Positions 37,744 to 45,930 of a stretch of 64,000 nucleotides of DNA are shown one piece after another. This DNA comes from a virus. The position numbers were made by a program, and so were the translations under genes. Where the stretch lies: the IMG/VR virus record IMGVR_UViG_3300045988_183936, positions 2,626 to 66,625 of that record, one strand, 5' to 3'. Numbering within the stretch: position 1 is the stretch's first letter; each line of letters opens with the position of its first letter. The notes under the pieces are model-generated. The model searched no databases. It was not told the origin of the DNA and worked only from the letters and a program-made list of their open reading frames with translations.

Positions 37744-38393
37744 TATGCATCACCTCCAATACGAGACCGCGAGGGTGCGATGCGGCGTCCGCGATAGAAC
37801 AGACGAGTATTCGCTTCACGACCAGTCACGGAACCAATAACCAAGGCCATTTCCTCAGGAGTAGCCATTCCATTTGCCATGTTGCAGGATGCAAATGCGA
37901 CTGCCATCATCTTCTCCACAGGAACGTCGATAACCGCCGCAACTGCCTTTGCACGGGACTGGGGCATCTCCTTATAGGGGTATGTGGAGAACAAATACTG
38001 AGCAAGGCCCTGCACGCCTGCAAGCTGCTCCAGATAATCCAGCGTGACTCCCTCCTTGTTCAGATAATCCGCAATGAGGGGATATCCTTCGCTGAAATAC
38101 CATGAGTGTGCGCCACGAATGTTGTTGCAGAGCATCGTAACATCGGACAGGGAAATTCCAGTTGCCTCCGCAGCAGCGGTGACAGATGAATCTTTGTTGG
38201 TGGCAAAGTAACTGATGACAGCACGTACCTGCTCCTCATCCAGAACAGGACGGGGATACCGCCTTGCCTTCTCGTTGGGAAAGGGAATTTTCTGCAGGTG
38301 CAGATACACCTGCTGGCGAGAGATGTTGAGATTTTCGGCAATCTCCTGAACAGAGTAGCCGTTCCACCTCATAAGACCTACATAGGTCGCCAT
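37743..38393 (-). CDS. HTH DNA-binding protein (sigma-70 region-4 / resolvase-like HTH)
   Basis: GYSVQEIAENLNISRQQVYLHLQKI. Start taken at MATYVGL (38393) because the longer ORF to 38660 would overlap the ydjM-like gene. Confidence 0.45.
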   Translation of the reverse strand: MATYVGLMRWNGYSVQEIAENLNISRQQVYLHLQKIPFPNEKARRYPRPVLDEEQVRAVISYFATNKDSSVTAAAEATGISLSDVTMLCNNIRGAHSWYFSEGYPLIADYLNKEGVTLDYLEQLAGVQGLAQYLFSTYPYKEMPQSRAKAVAAVIDVPVEKMMAVAFASCNMANGMATPEEMALVIGSVTGREANTRLFYRGRRIAPSRSRIGGDA

Positions 38394-38442
38394 GCGCTCG
38401 CCCCACTGCACGTTTTCTGACTTACGTGTATCATTTGTTGAC

Positions 38443-38991
38443 TCACACAAATCTAATCGCCTCCTTGAAAAAATCGCCGGACTCGTAGACAAAACTGACA
38501 GTACAGAGAATGGCAACACACGCCAAAATGAACGAGAAAGTATGTCCAGATGCACCATCGGTCTTGATGCCGAAAATCCAGAAGCGGTGGGAAATCGGCC
38601 AAAGAAGAGGAACGCCGGCTTTATTGAAAAGGTCGAGCAAGATATGAGTTGCTCCACCAATTACAAACGCGAGGATATAGGGCAGCCATTCAATGCCCAA
38701 AAACAGCCTCAGGGCTGCGTACAAGGCCGCCCAAATGAAAGGGGCATGAGTGATACCCCTATGCCCAAAGAGGGCGTTTACGGCAGCGGAGACGGGTTTA
38801 TTCTTACGCCCCGCCTTGCTGCACGGAAGGTCGATGTCAGGCGCGAGAGAGCCTGCCATGGACAGACCAACCACTCCGAGGGCCGGAAGCAACCCCTCCG
38901 GTGCCGGAAGCTCGAACAGTCCGTTGATTTGTGCCTGCACAAGCAGCAGGCCAGCCGTGTAACCGGCAAAAGTATGGGTTCGCCCGTCCAT
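38443..38991 (-). CDS. YdjM-family membrane-bound metal-dependent hydrolase (DUF457)
   Basis: HRGITHAPF..., GGATHILLDLFNKAGVPLLWP motifs. Confidence 0.6.
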   Translation of the reverse strand: MDGRTHTFAGYTAGLLLVQAQINGLFELPAPEGLLPALGVVGLSMAGSLAPDIDLPCSKAGRKNKPVSAAVNALFGHRGITHAPFIWAALYAALRLFLGIEWLPYILAFVIGGATHILLDLFNKAGVPLLWPISHRFWIFGIKTDGASGHTFSFILACVAILCTVSFVYESGDFFKEAIRFV

Positions 38992-39082
38992 AGTTCACCT
39001 CCTATATAAGTGGACGGGGTACAGCACAATAACAAGAATCTTGTTATTTCTATCGAAAATTGCAGAAAAATAACAAGCATCT

Positions 39083-39096
39083 TGAACAAATGTTCT
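39083..39096. promoter_or_regulatory. LexA (Cheo-type) box GAACaaatGTTC in the ydjM-like promoter region
   Basis: Perfect GAAC-N4-GTTC. The palindrome aataacaagaATCTTGTTATT (39028-39048) lies nearby. Confidence 0.5.
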
Positions 39097-39123
39097 GGCG
39101 AATTTTTGTTAATTGGAACACTT

Positions 39124-39157
39124 GTACTATACCACAAAGTATGATAGAATGTCAATC
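39124..39157 (-). promoter_or_regulatory. promoter for the ydjM-like gene
   Basis: Minus strand: TTGACAttctatcatactttgTGgTATAGT. Confidence 0.55.
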
Positions 39158-39192
39158 ACGATATGACGATACAGCATTGATAGGAACGCAGA

Positions 39193-41490
39193 TTACCTAC
39201 GACCGGAACGGCGACTACGAGAGCTGCTGCGTGATGTGCTGCGGCTACTGGAACGGCTGCCGCCCCCAGAACGCGAGGACGTACCAGCGGGCTTGGTGTT
39301 GTTGAACTGAAGCGTGAAGTTCGGACCCCAATCGCTGCGCTGGCTATCATCCATCACGAGGTCTGCGGCGAATGTGCCGCCGTCTTTCTTGGTCAGCTTC
39401 GTCTTATGGACGGGCTTTCCGTCGAGGAAGTTCTTGACGTCCTTCTCGGTAAAGGTGATGTGCTGGAACAAAGACGGTTTGGGCTTCTTCCAGATGGTGA
39501 ACTTGCAACCGTTCTTCCAGTTGGAACAGCCGAAGCCAATCTTCCCTTCGATGATGTTGCCACCGCAGCGAGGACACACGCCAATCGGTGTATAGCCCTT
39601 TCGAGTCGGGATGATGCTGGGGTCTACTTTCGGATGCGGCTGCTGCAAGAAATCCTTGAGCATAGCGAGAACGTTCTGTTCCAGCTTTTCCGGTGTCGCC
39701 TTCCCCTCATGTATCTCTTCCTGAATAACCCACCACAAAGCGGTAAGGTCAGGACCACGAAGAGCGTCAGGGAGAATGCGATACAGCTCGCGACCGAGAG
39801 GTGTCGAGATAAGGGACTTCCCTTTCTCCTGTAAGAAACCTCTGGAGATGAGTCCGGAGATTATCTGGTCGCGGGTCGCACTGGTTCCGATGGCACCGTT
39901 ATTCTCCTCCACGTCAGCATCTTTCTTGAGAAGCGTGCTTTTGATGAAAGGGTCGGTCACATATTTGGCGATACGGCTCATGTCCTTCGCCAGCGTGTAC
40001 TGTGTATAACGCGGAAGCGGATTGGTCTCCTTCTCCAAAACCTGAGCATCAGAAACAAAGGCGTCGTAGCTGCCGGCAGGTATCATACTCAATGCCGTAG
40101 GTGTATCAACACCCTCGCGCATCATCACCAGATAACCGGGCTTCAAAACACCGGTGCTGGAGGCTTCCAATGTGGCACCGTCCGGCAGAGGAATAGTCAG
40201 CTTCGTAGTTTCCTTCTCGGCAGGCGGGAAAAACTGGATAAGGTAATACTTGCAGATTGCAAGATATACGTTCCGCTCCCTCTCCGTCATCTTATTGAGG
40301 TCGAGGCTTACATTCTGAGGGATGATTCCGAAATGGGCTTCGATTTTAGAGTCATCGAAGCAGCGGCCCTTCGTCTTGAAGTCCATGCCCTGAATGGGAT
40401 TGAAGTTGCCCTTCCCTACCGTGTTGATGTTTGCGATGACAGTACGGGACGTGGCAGGTGCTTCCGCAAAGTAGTTTTCGGGGAGGTAGCGCACCTGAGT
40501 TCGGTTGTAGGTAATGGCATTATAGTTATCACGCAAGGACTGTGTAATTTCCATTGTGTCATCCAGCTTATAGCCGAAGTTCTTCAGACAGTAGCCCTGC
40601 AATTCCAACATATCGAACGGCAGCGGCGGCTGCTCTTTGGAGACCTTCTTCGTGATAGTCGCTCCAGAGAACTGCTTTCCCGCAACCAACGCGGCCTTGC
40701 TCTCCGCATAAGGCTTATCCAAAATAAGCCCGTCGGCCAGATGAGGGTCATCCTTCTTCGGCTTGTATTTTGCTTCAATGACTTTACCCGCAACGGAGGT
40801 GTTTGCCATGACTTCATAGTATTTTGTCTTTACGTGGTTCTCAATGAGCTTATCACGCTCAACCACGAGCCCCAGCGTCGGGGACTGCACACGGCCAACA
40901 GTCAGCGAAGCATTGTTGACAAGAGAATAGTAGCGACTCATATTGACGCCAACCATCAAGTCAGCAACGCTGCGGGCATAGGCAGACCAGCCCATGTTTT
41001 CAAAGGAACGGTTATCCTTTAGATTGTTGAGCGCACGCTGCAACGCAGGTATGGAAGTGTCACCTGTCGCCAGACGGTAGACAGGGCCTCTATAGTGATG
41101 CCAGCGAAGCAGCTCGTCAATGAGAAGCTGTCCCTCTTCGTCGGGGTCGCCGGCGTGTATGACACAGCTACACTGTTTCAGCAGTTCACCAATGCGGGCA
41201 ACACGCTCGTTGGGGTTCACTCCCCTGCCATTATATTCTTTGATTTTGGTCTGCCAGTTGGGAAAGTATATGGGCAGTGCAGACAAATCCCACTTACCAA
41301 AAGCGGCATCGTAATCTTCAGGTTCTTTCAAAGACAATAGGTGTCCCTGAGAACACACGATGACATACTCACCTTTTACGGTAGCGCCACGGTCGGAACG
41401 TGCCGTGCCGGGGATAGCTTGAGCAATCAAATCACCAAGCTGTTTCTTCTCAGCCAGTATTAGTTTAATGTGAGAACACGACCTTTCCAT
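39193..41490 (-). CDS. topB: DNA topoisomerase III (type IA) with C-terminal zinc ribbons and a Ser/Arg-rich tail
   Basis: TOPRIM AGDPDEEGQ. Type-IA core. CPRCGG, CSNWKNGC. Terminal SRSGGGSRSSSRSTSRSSSRSRRSGRR. Confidence 0.85.
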   Translation of the reverse strand: MERSCSHIKLILAEKKQLGDLIAQAIPGTARSDRGATVKGEYVIVCSQGHLLSLKEPEDYDAAFGKWDLSALPIYFPNWQTKIKEYNGRGVNPNERVARIGELLKQCSCVIHAGDPDEEGQLLIDELLRWHHYRGPVYRLATGDTSIPALQRALNNLKDNRSFENMGWSAYARSVADLMVGVNMSRYYSLVNNASLTVGRVQSPTLGLVVERDKLIENHVKTKYYEVMANTSVAGKVIEAKYKPKKDDPHLADGLILDKPYAESKAALVAGKQFSGATITKKVSKEQPPLPFDMLELQGYCLKNFGYKLDDTMEITQSLRDNYNAITYNRTQVRYLPENYFAEAPATSRTVIANINTVGKGNFNPIQGMDFKTKGRCFDDSKIEAHFGIIPQNVSLDLNKMTERERNVYLAICKYYLIQFFPPAEKETTKLTIPLPDGATLEASSTGVLKPGYLVMMREGVDTPTALSMIPAGSYDAFVSDAQVLEKETNPLPRYTQYTLAKDMSRIAKYVTDPFIKSTLLKKDADVEENNGAIGTSATRDQIISGLISRGFLQEKGKSLISTPLGRELYRILPDALRGPDLTALWWVIQEEIHEGKATPEKLEQNVLAMLKDFLQQPHPKVDPSIIPTRKGYTPIGVCPRCGGNIIEGKIGFGCSNWKNGCKFTIWKKPKPSLFQHITFTEKDVKNFLDGKPVHKTKLTKKDGGTFAADLVMDDSQRSDWGPNFTLQFNNTKPAGTSSRSGGGSRSSSRSTSRSSSRSRRSGRR

Positions 41491-41534
41491 AAATGTGACG
41501 ACTTTTTTCGCCTTCTATCGCTATCTGTAACTCT

Positions 41535-41570
41535 ATATTAGCATGAGTGTAAAAAAATGTCAAGTTATTG
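41535..41570 (-). promoter_or_regulatory. promoter for topB (TTGACAttttttta module)
   Basis: Minus strand: TTGACAtttttttacactcatgcTAATAT. Confidence 0.45.
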
Positions 41571-41824
41571 AGACGGCATATCAATATATAGTGGGTAAGG
41601 AAAAACAACACACAAGACAAAACAAAGGTACGAGCAGCCGAAAATGAAAAATATTTTTTTGTAGCAAAATTAGTAAAAAAGTGGGGAAAAGTGGAGGAAA
41701 AAGCGGCTTGAAATGACGGGGGCCCGCACAATTTAACGTCATTCTGCACAATAAAATCTCACGTTTATTCGTCAAAACGACAAGGCGTAATTGTTGAATT
41801 TCACAACATTTTTGTGCGTAAAGG

Positions 41825-41853
41825 CTTGACATTATTATTGCATTGTGGTATAG
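41825..41853 (+). promoter_or_regulatory. promoter with extended -10
   Basis: TTGACAttattattgcatTGtGGTATAGT. Confidence 0.55.
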
Positions 41854-41867
41854 TGTGCGAGAACAAA

Positions 41868-41970
41868 AAACAGTGTTGGCAGGCCGCTTTTCCTGCCGCA
41901 GATGCACCGAGACACTGAACGGATTCTTTTTGCGGCAGAGAAAACAAGGCCGTACCAGCACTGTTTTTAA
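41868..41970 (+). ncRNA. structured 5' leader / possible attenuator or small RNA
   Basis: AACAGTGTTGG (41868-78) pairs with CCAGCACTGTT (41955-65), followed by TTTTT. Internal hairpin GGCAGGccgcttttCCTGCCGC. Confidence 0.35.
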
Positions 41971-42100
41971 TATTTCACCAAATCTTCCAGCAGACAGATT
42001 TGGAGTTCGAATGTCCGCATTTCAAATGTGTGGCATCGGTATTGGGTAGAGAGGAACAAACGCGCTGACACATGAATTGCAGGAGGAGGTTGGAATTAAG

Positions 42101-42685
42101 ATGGCGCAGAATAACAGCAGTATGAACAACGGACATGGAACCCCGCGACACCAAGCTAACAACGGAAAACATTCAAGCGATGCACCCCACGATGCGCTCG
42201 TCGATGACCTCGCTAAATTTACTGGGTCGGACGAGCCGGCTGTACGCGAGTCAATCAAAGCATCCGTGAAAGACTCTCTTTCCCTCATGGACATTGGCCT
42301 GTCCGTGATTGAGTTTTCCACCGATGAAGACCCCGAAGAAGTCAAACGTCTTCTTGATATGATTGAACTCCGGTTAAAGACACTAACCAAGAACCAAGAG
42401 ATTTATGGCGTGAGCTCAAAGCATAAACTCACACCTGAGGAGGAAGGGATTGGGCGGCCCTTCTCCGCAAGAGAAATCCTGCTTATGTGGGATTTTCGCC
42501 GCAAGAATCTCGTCGTCACTCCGATTAGCCGGATTTACCTCAATCGTGCTGACTTTGTGACGGATGTCTGCAACGAGTTCAACTGGTCTCGCCAGAAGGC
42601 TGAAACGTACATCCAGAACGAATACGCGAACTTCGCTCAGGATATCTCAAGTATCGGTGTAATCGTATACGAAAAAGACGATTGA
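42101..42685 (+). CDS. hypothetical protein (194 aa)
   Basis: gcaggaggaggttggaattaagATG RBS. Confidence 0.5.
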   Translation: MAQNNSSMNNGHGTPRHQANNGKHSSDAPHDALVDDLAKFTGSDEPAVRESIKASVKDSLSLMDIGLSVIEFSTDEDPEEVKRLLDMIELRLKTLTKNQEIYGVSSKHKLTPEEEGIGRPFSAREILLMWDFRRKNLVVTPISRIYLNRADFVTDVCNEFNWSRQKAETYIQNEYANFAQDISSIGVIVYEKDD

Positions 42686-42742
42686 CCTTTTTTTTAACAA
42701 CTTAATAATGTGATATATTATATGAATACATTGTTTTCAAAA

Positions 42743-42778
42743 TAAAGGAGAGCAACCCGACCGGATTGCTCTCCTTGT
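42743..42778. terminator. bidirectional intrinsic terminator
   Basis: aaaGGAGAGCAAcccgaccggaTTGCTCTCCttgttt. Confidence 0.6.
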
Positions 42779-42779
42779 T

Positions 42780-44336
42780 TCATTTTATTGTTATCGTATC
42801 CTCTCTATCAGGCTTCTGCCGCAAACGCAAAACACGCCGGATGAATGGGCGGACATAAGTCTCATCAGGCGCAAGAGAGTAGCCAAGCGCCTCCGCATAC
42901 TCTACAGCTTCGCGGGAGGGTGTCCTCCCCTCCCCCACCTTGCGGATAAAGCCCTGAATGGCTCTGGGGGACTCCTCATAGGCTTCGTCGCCCTTGCGGG
43001 CATATCCACCCTTCCCCGTCGCTTCCGTGCCGTCGTAGACGTTCCTGAGGCGTCCTCCGCGACCGTAGTAGCTTATGGACACATCCTCAAACTTTCGAAT
43101 ACCCTTTTCGTCGAGGGACAGGTACTTGATGTGTTCACTCAGGCTCGCCAGCAGTTCTGGGCCCTTACGTGTTACGGCACAGGCATAGAGAGTTAAAACG
43201 AGCCGCCTTATGTTCCCGTAGATGACTCTGTCCTCTGAATCGAGGAAAACCGAAAAGAAGAACCCTGTCTTAGTATCATAGTACCCGCTCAAGTCTCCCT
43301 CACAGGTGTCCAGACGGTAAAGCATATAGATGGAATCGCCGTATAGAGTTTCCTTGAGCAAGACTTTCCGGATGATATCCTTCTCGCTTGCAAATTCAAA
43401 AACTGCGCCGTTGGCAGGAAGCGTCGAACTTCGTTTCGTCCGCAGCAGCTCATGCATCTCATCAGGCATCATCACGGGCAGCGCAACAATAGAAAAGAAC
43501 TTATTTGCGATAGCAGAAAAGCGGTGTTGTGGGAGTATGTCGAAGGTGTATTCGTTGATGAGCGCAGCCATGCCCGCAATCTGATTGGAAAAAATTCTGT
43601 CTACTTGCGTATAGAGTTCCAAATCATCTGTGTTTTGGATGTAGTCATATCCCCATTTACCATAGATTTCCTTGATTTGGGCGTCCAGTTCCATAGGAGA
43701 ATGAACCTTTCCATCAAGATGCCGGCGCTCCAACTCAAAAGCAGGCTTATCCAAGAAGGGGTAGGTATCTTCCATGACCAACAGTTCGCCGGTCGTTTTC
43801 AAACCGCAGACGACTTTGGTTAAGTCGAACTTATCTGGACGCAGGTATTCCGTCTGCTGAAGGAGGATACTGAAGTAACAGTACACCACATCAATGTTGA
43901 TGTTAGATTGCTTTTCTTCCTTTGCGGTAAAAAGAAGGCGAGATGCAGCCATGAGAAAATCAAAGAACAGGGCGTATTCGGATTCGTTCTTGATTCTTTT
44001 GGCCGTGGTATTGAAAAAGCTATGAAGGCCCTTGATGAACTTGTCAGGGTTGGCACCGGCCAACTCCACCTGAGACTCATACAGACGAGAGAACTCCTTG
44101 CTCTCTATATCACGACAAAAGAAGTACAGCGAAGAAGATAACTCAGCAAAAGGAATATTTTGCAGTGTACTCACAGTGACGACCGCAGTATTCATAGTCC
44201 TCCGCTGTAATAGGTTTGCTGGCCCATAACCGTCGCCGTATTTCCGGTCGAACCAGTTGCGCCACTTTTTTACGAGGGTGTAATCTGCATCCATTGCCAT
44301 TGTGAATAGTCCCCTTTTATTTTCTCGCATCTCCAT
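42780..44336 (-). CDS. hypothetical protein (518 aa)
   Basis: Long ORF with no recognised motif. First gene of a two-gene minus-strand operon is 44367..45083. Confidence 0.5.
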   Translation of the reverse strand: MEMRENKRGLFTMAMDADYTLVKKWRNWFDRKYGDGYGPANLLQRRTMNTAVVTVSTLQNIPFAELSSSLYFFCRDIESKEFSRLYESQVELAGANPDKFIKGLHSFFNTTAKRIKNESEYALFFDFLMAASRLLFTAKEEKQSNINIDVVYCYFSILLQQTEYLRPDKFDLTKVVCGLKTTGELLVMEDTYPFLDKPAFELERRHLDGKVHSPMELDAQIKEIYGKWGYDYIQNTDDLELYTQVDRIFSNQIAGMAALINEYTFDILPQHRFSAIANKFFSIVALPVMMPDEMHELLRTKRSSTLPANGAVFEFASEKDIIRKVLLKETLYGDSIYMLYRLDTCEGDLSGYYDTKTGFFFSVFLDSEDRVIYGNIRRLVLTLYACAVTRKGPELLASLSEHIKYLSLDEKGIRKFEDVSISYYGRGGRLRNVYDGTEATGKGGYARKGDEAYEESPRAIQGFIRKVGEGRTPSREAVEYAEALGYSLAPDETYVRPFIRRVLRLRQKPDREDTITIK

Positions 44337-44366
44337 TGTACTACAAAATCGAACATATTTCCAGAA

Positions 44367-45083
44367 CTATTTACCGCTATCCGGAATATGAGTGTATGCT
44401 TCAGCAAGGTATGAAACAATATCAGCTTTCACTTCAGATGCGAATTCTTTTTGGCATGGAATGAATATAATATAGATGTCCTTGTCTGATGCAACTGGTG
44501 AACGACCATAAGGAGTTTTGTCTGTGAACCCAGAAAGCCGTGCATAAGCACGGGAGCAGCAGGCACCTACGAACGAAGAGCCTACGAAAATTGGAACAAG
44601 ACTTTGTGCCTCATCATTACGTTCCGCAATGACGTATATACCAGATAAATAGACGTACTTGTAACCGTATTGAGAAAGGTCATACAGTGCATTCTTTTTG
44701 TAATTTGATGGGAGCGAATTCCAGTCGTAAATAAAATCATTAAGGGGTATAGGGATACTCCCAGACACATTGCGTTCAATGTCTGCACGTTTTTTGTTTG
44801 CATATTTCGTACTTGCAATGTCGCAAGCAAATAGAGCAAAAAGAGCCGCTGCACAGAAAAAGCCTATTACAATATACGACAAATTACGGCGAACAAACCT
44901 TGCCATATCTTTTAGAGGGATAGCAAGAAAATCTAACCAGTTGTAACGGTCGGCAAAAAGCAAAAGTATTATTAACAGTAGACATCCAATGGCAACGACC
45001 GTAATAAGCAAAAAACGTCGAAATCGCCTTTCGCTTTCTTCACAGTCTTTTTCTGTATCAATGTATTCGTTCATATAGTTCAC
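44367..45083 (-). CDS. 2-TM membrane protein with cytoplasmic C-terminal domain (238 aa)
   Basis: Two N-terminal TM helices (LLITVVAIGCLLLIILLLF; YIVIGFFCAAALFALFA). Gly-rich VPIFVGSSFVGACC loop. Confidence 0.5.
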   Translation of the reverse strand: MNYMNEYIDTEKDCEESERRFRRFLLITVVAIGCLLLIILLLFADRYNWLDFLAIPLKDMARFVRRNLSYIVIGFFCAAALFALFACDIASTKYANKKRADIERNVSGSIPIPLNDFIYDWNSLPSNYKKNALYDLSQYGYKYVYLSGIYVIAERNDEAQSLVPIFVGSSFVGACCSRAYARLSGFTDKTPYGRSPVASDKDIYIIFIPCQKEFASEVKADIVSYLAEAYTHIPDSGK

Positions 45084-45144
45084 CTACTTATGAAAGCAGG
45101 AGAGAAAGCTATCCTTCTCCCCTGCTGAAATTTATTCGCTTGTA

Positions 45145-45384
45145 TCAGTTGTACCATCCACCAACAACGCTGGAAAGCAGCGCACCGGATACGATGGCTC
45201 CGATAATGCTCAGACCGACAGCCACGCAGAAGCCAATCAGTGCCCACTTGCCGACCGCCTTGGCCTTAATAGGCGTGGTATTCTGCCATGACAGGAACAG
45301 AATCAGGCCGACCAGAGGGATGAGGAAAGACAGGATGTTCAGGCCGGTAGAAGGCGTGTCCACCTCAACATTCTTGCTCGCCAC
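45145..45384 (-). CDS. small membrane protein (DUF4190-like), GTG start
   Basis: Two TM helices. Upstream in-frame CPFCGCA zinc-ribbon-like codons lack an ATG. Confidence 0.4.
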   Translation of the reverse strand: MASKNVEVDTPSTGLNILSFLIPLVGLILFLSWQNTTPIKAKAVGKWALIGFCVAVGLSIIGAIVSGALLSSVVGGWYN

Positions 45385-45442
45385 GGCGCAGCCGCAGAAA
45401 GGGCAAATAATGGCATTATCCAGAACTTCCTTGCCTCAGTTG

Positions 45443-45805
45443 TTACAATACTTCATGCTCTTTGCTCTCCTTCTGAGACTTTTCAGTGGTGTTTTTACTC
45501 TTCTTGAATGAAATAATTCCGCAGACCAATCCTCCGATGGCAAAGATTGGCATGAGCACACCAAGGGCTCCAATTACACAGCAGCCAGCACCTACGCCGC
45601 CAAGGATAATGGCAGTTTTGTTGTTTGCCTTAATGCCTCGCACCAGACCAATAATGGAGAATACCGCGCCTACGCAGAGGACGAGGTATAAGACGATTGC
45701 CAAAACAATAAGCCATCCGGTCAGTGCAAGCAAAGTTCCCGTGGAAAAAGACTCAACGCCGTTGACAATAGCGTCACTTCCGTTCACACCAAAAGAAAAA
45801 TCCAT
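45443..45805 (-). CDS. small membrane protein (120 aa)
   Basis: Gly/Ala-rich TM helices. Confidence 0.45.
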   Translation of the reverse strand: MDFSFGVNGSDAIVNGVESFSTGTLLALTGWLIVLAIVLYLVLCVGAVFSIIGLVRGIKANNKTAIILGGVGAGCCVIGALGVLMPIFAIGGLVCGIISFKKSKNTTEKSQKESKEHEVL

Positions 45806-45930
45806 AGTTCTGTTCTCTCTTTCTGGGGAGGTCTGCTCCCCTGCTTTTTTATTTTTGCAAAATCAGGGGCGCAGGCACAAGGTCTGCGCCCCTGAATTCA
45901 CTTTGAGTGATTGCTCAGGTGGGGATGTGC

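Noticed and set aside
37743-38660. Full 305-aa version of the HTH gene
   Set aside because: The N-terminal 89 residues are low-complexity and would overlap the ydjM-like gene by more than 200 nt. The shorter start at 38393 was preferred.
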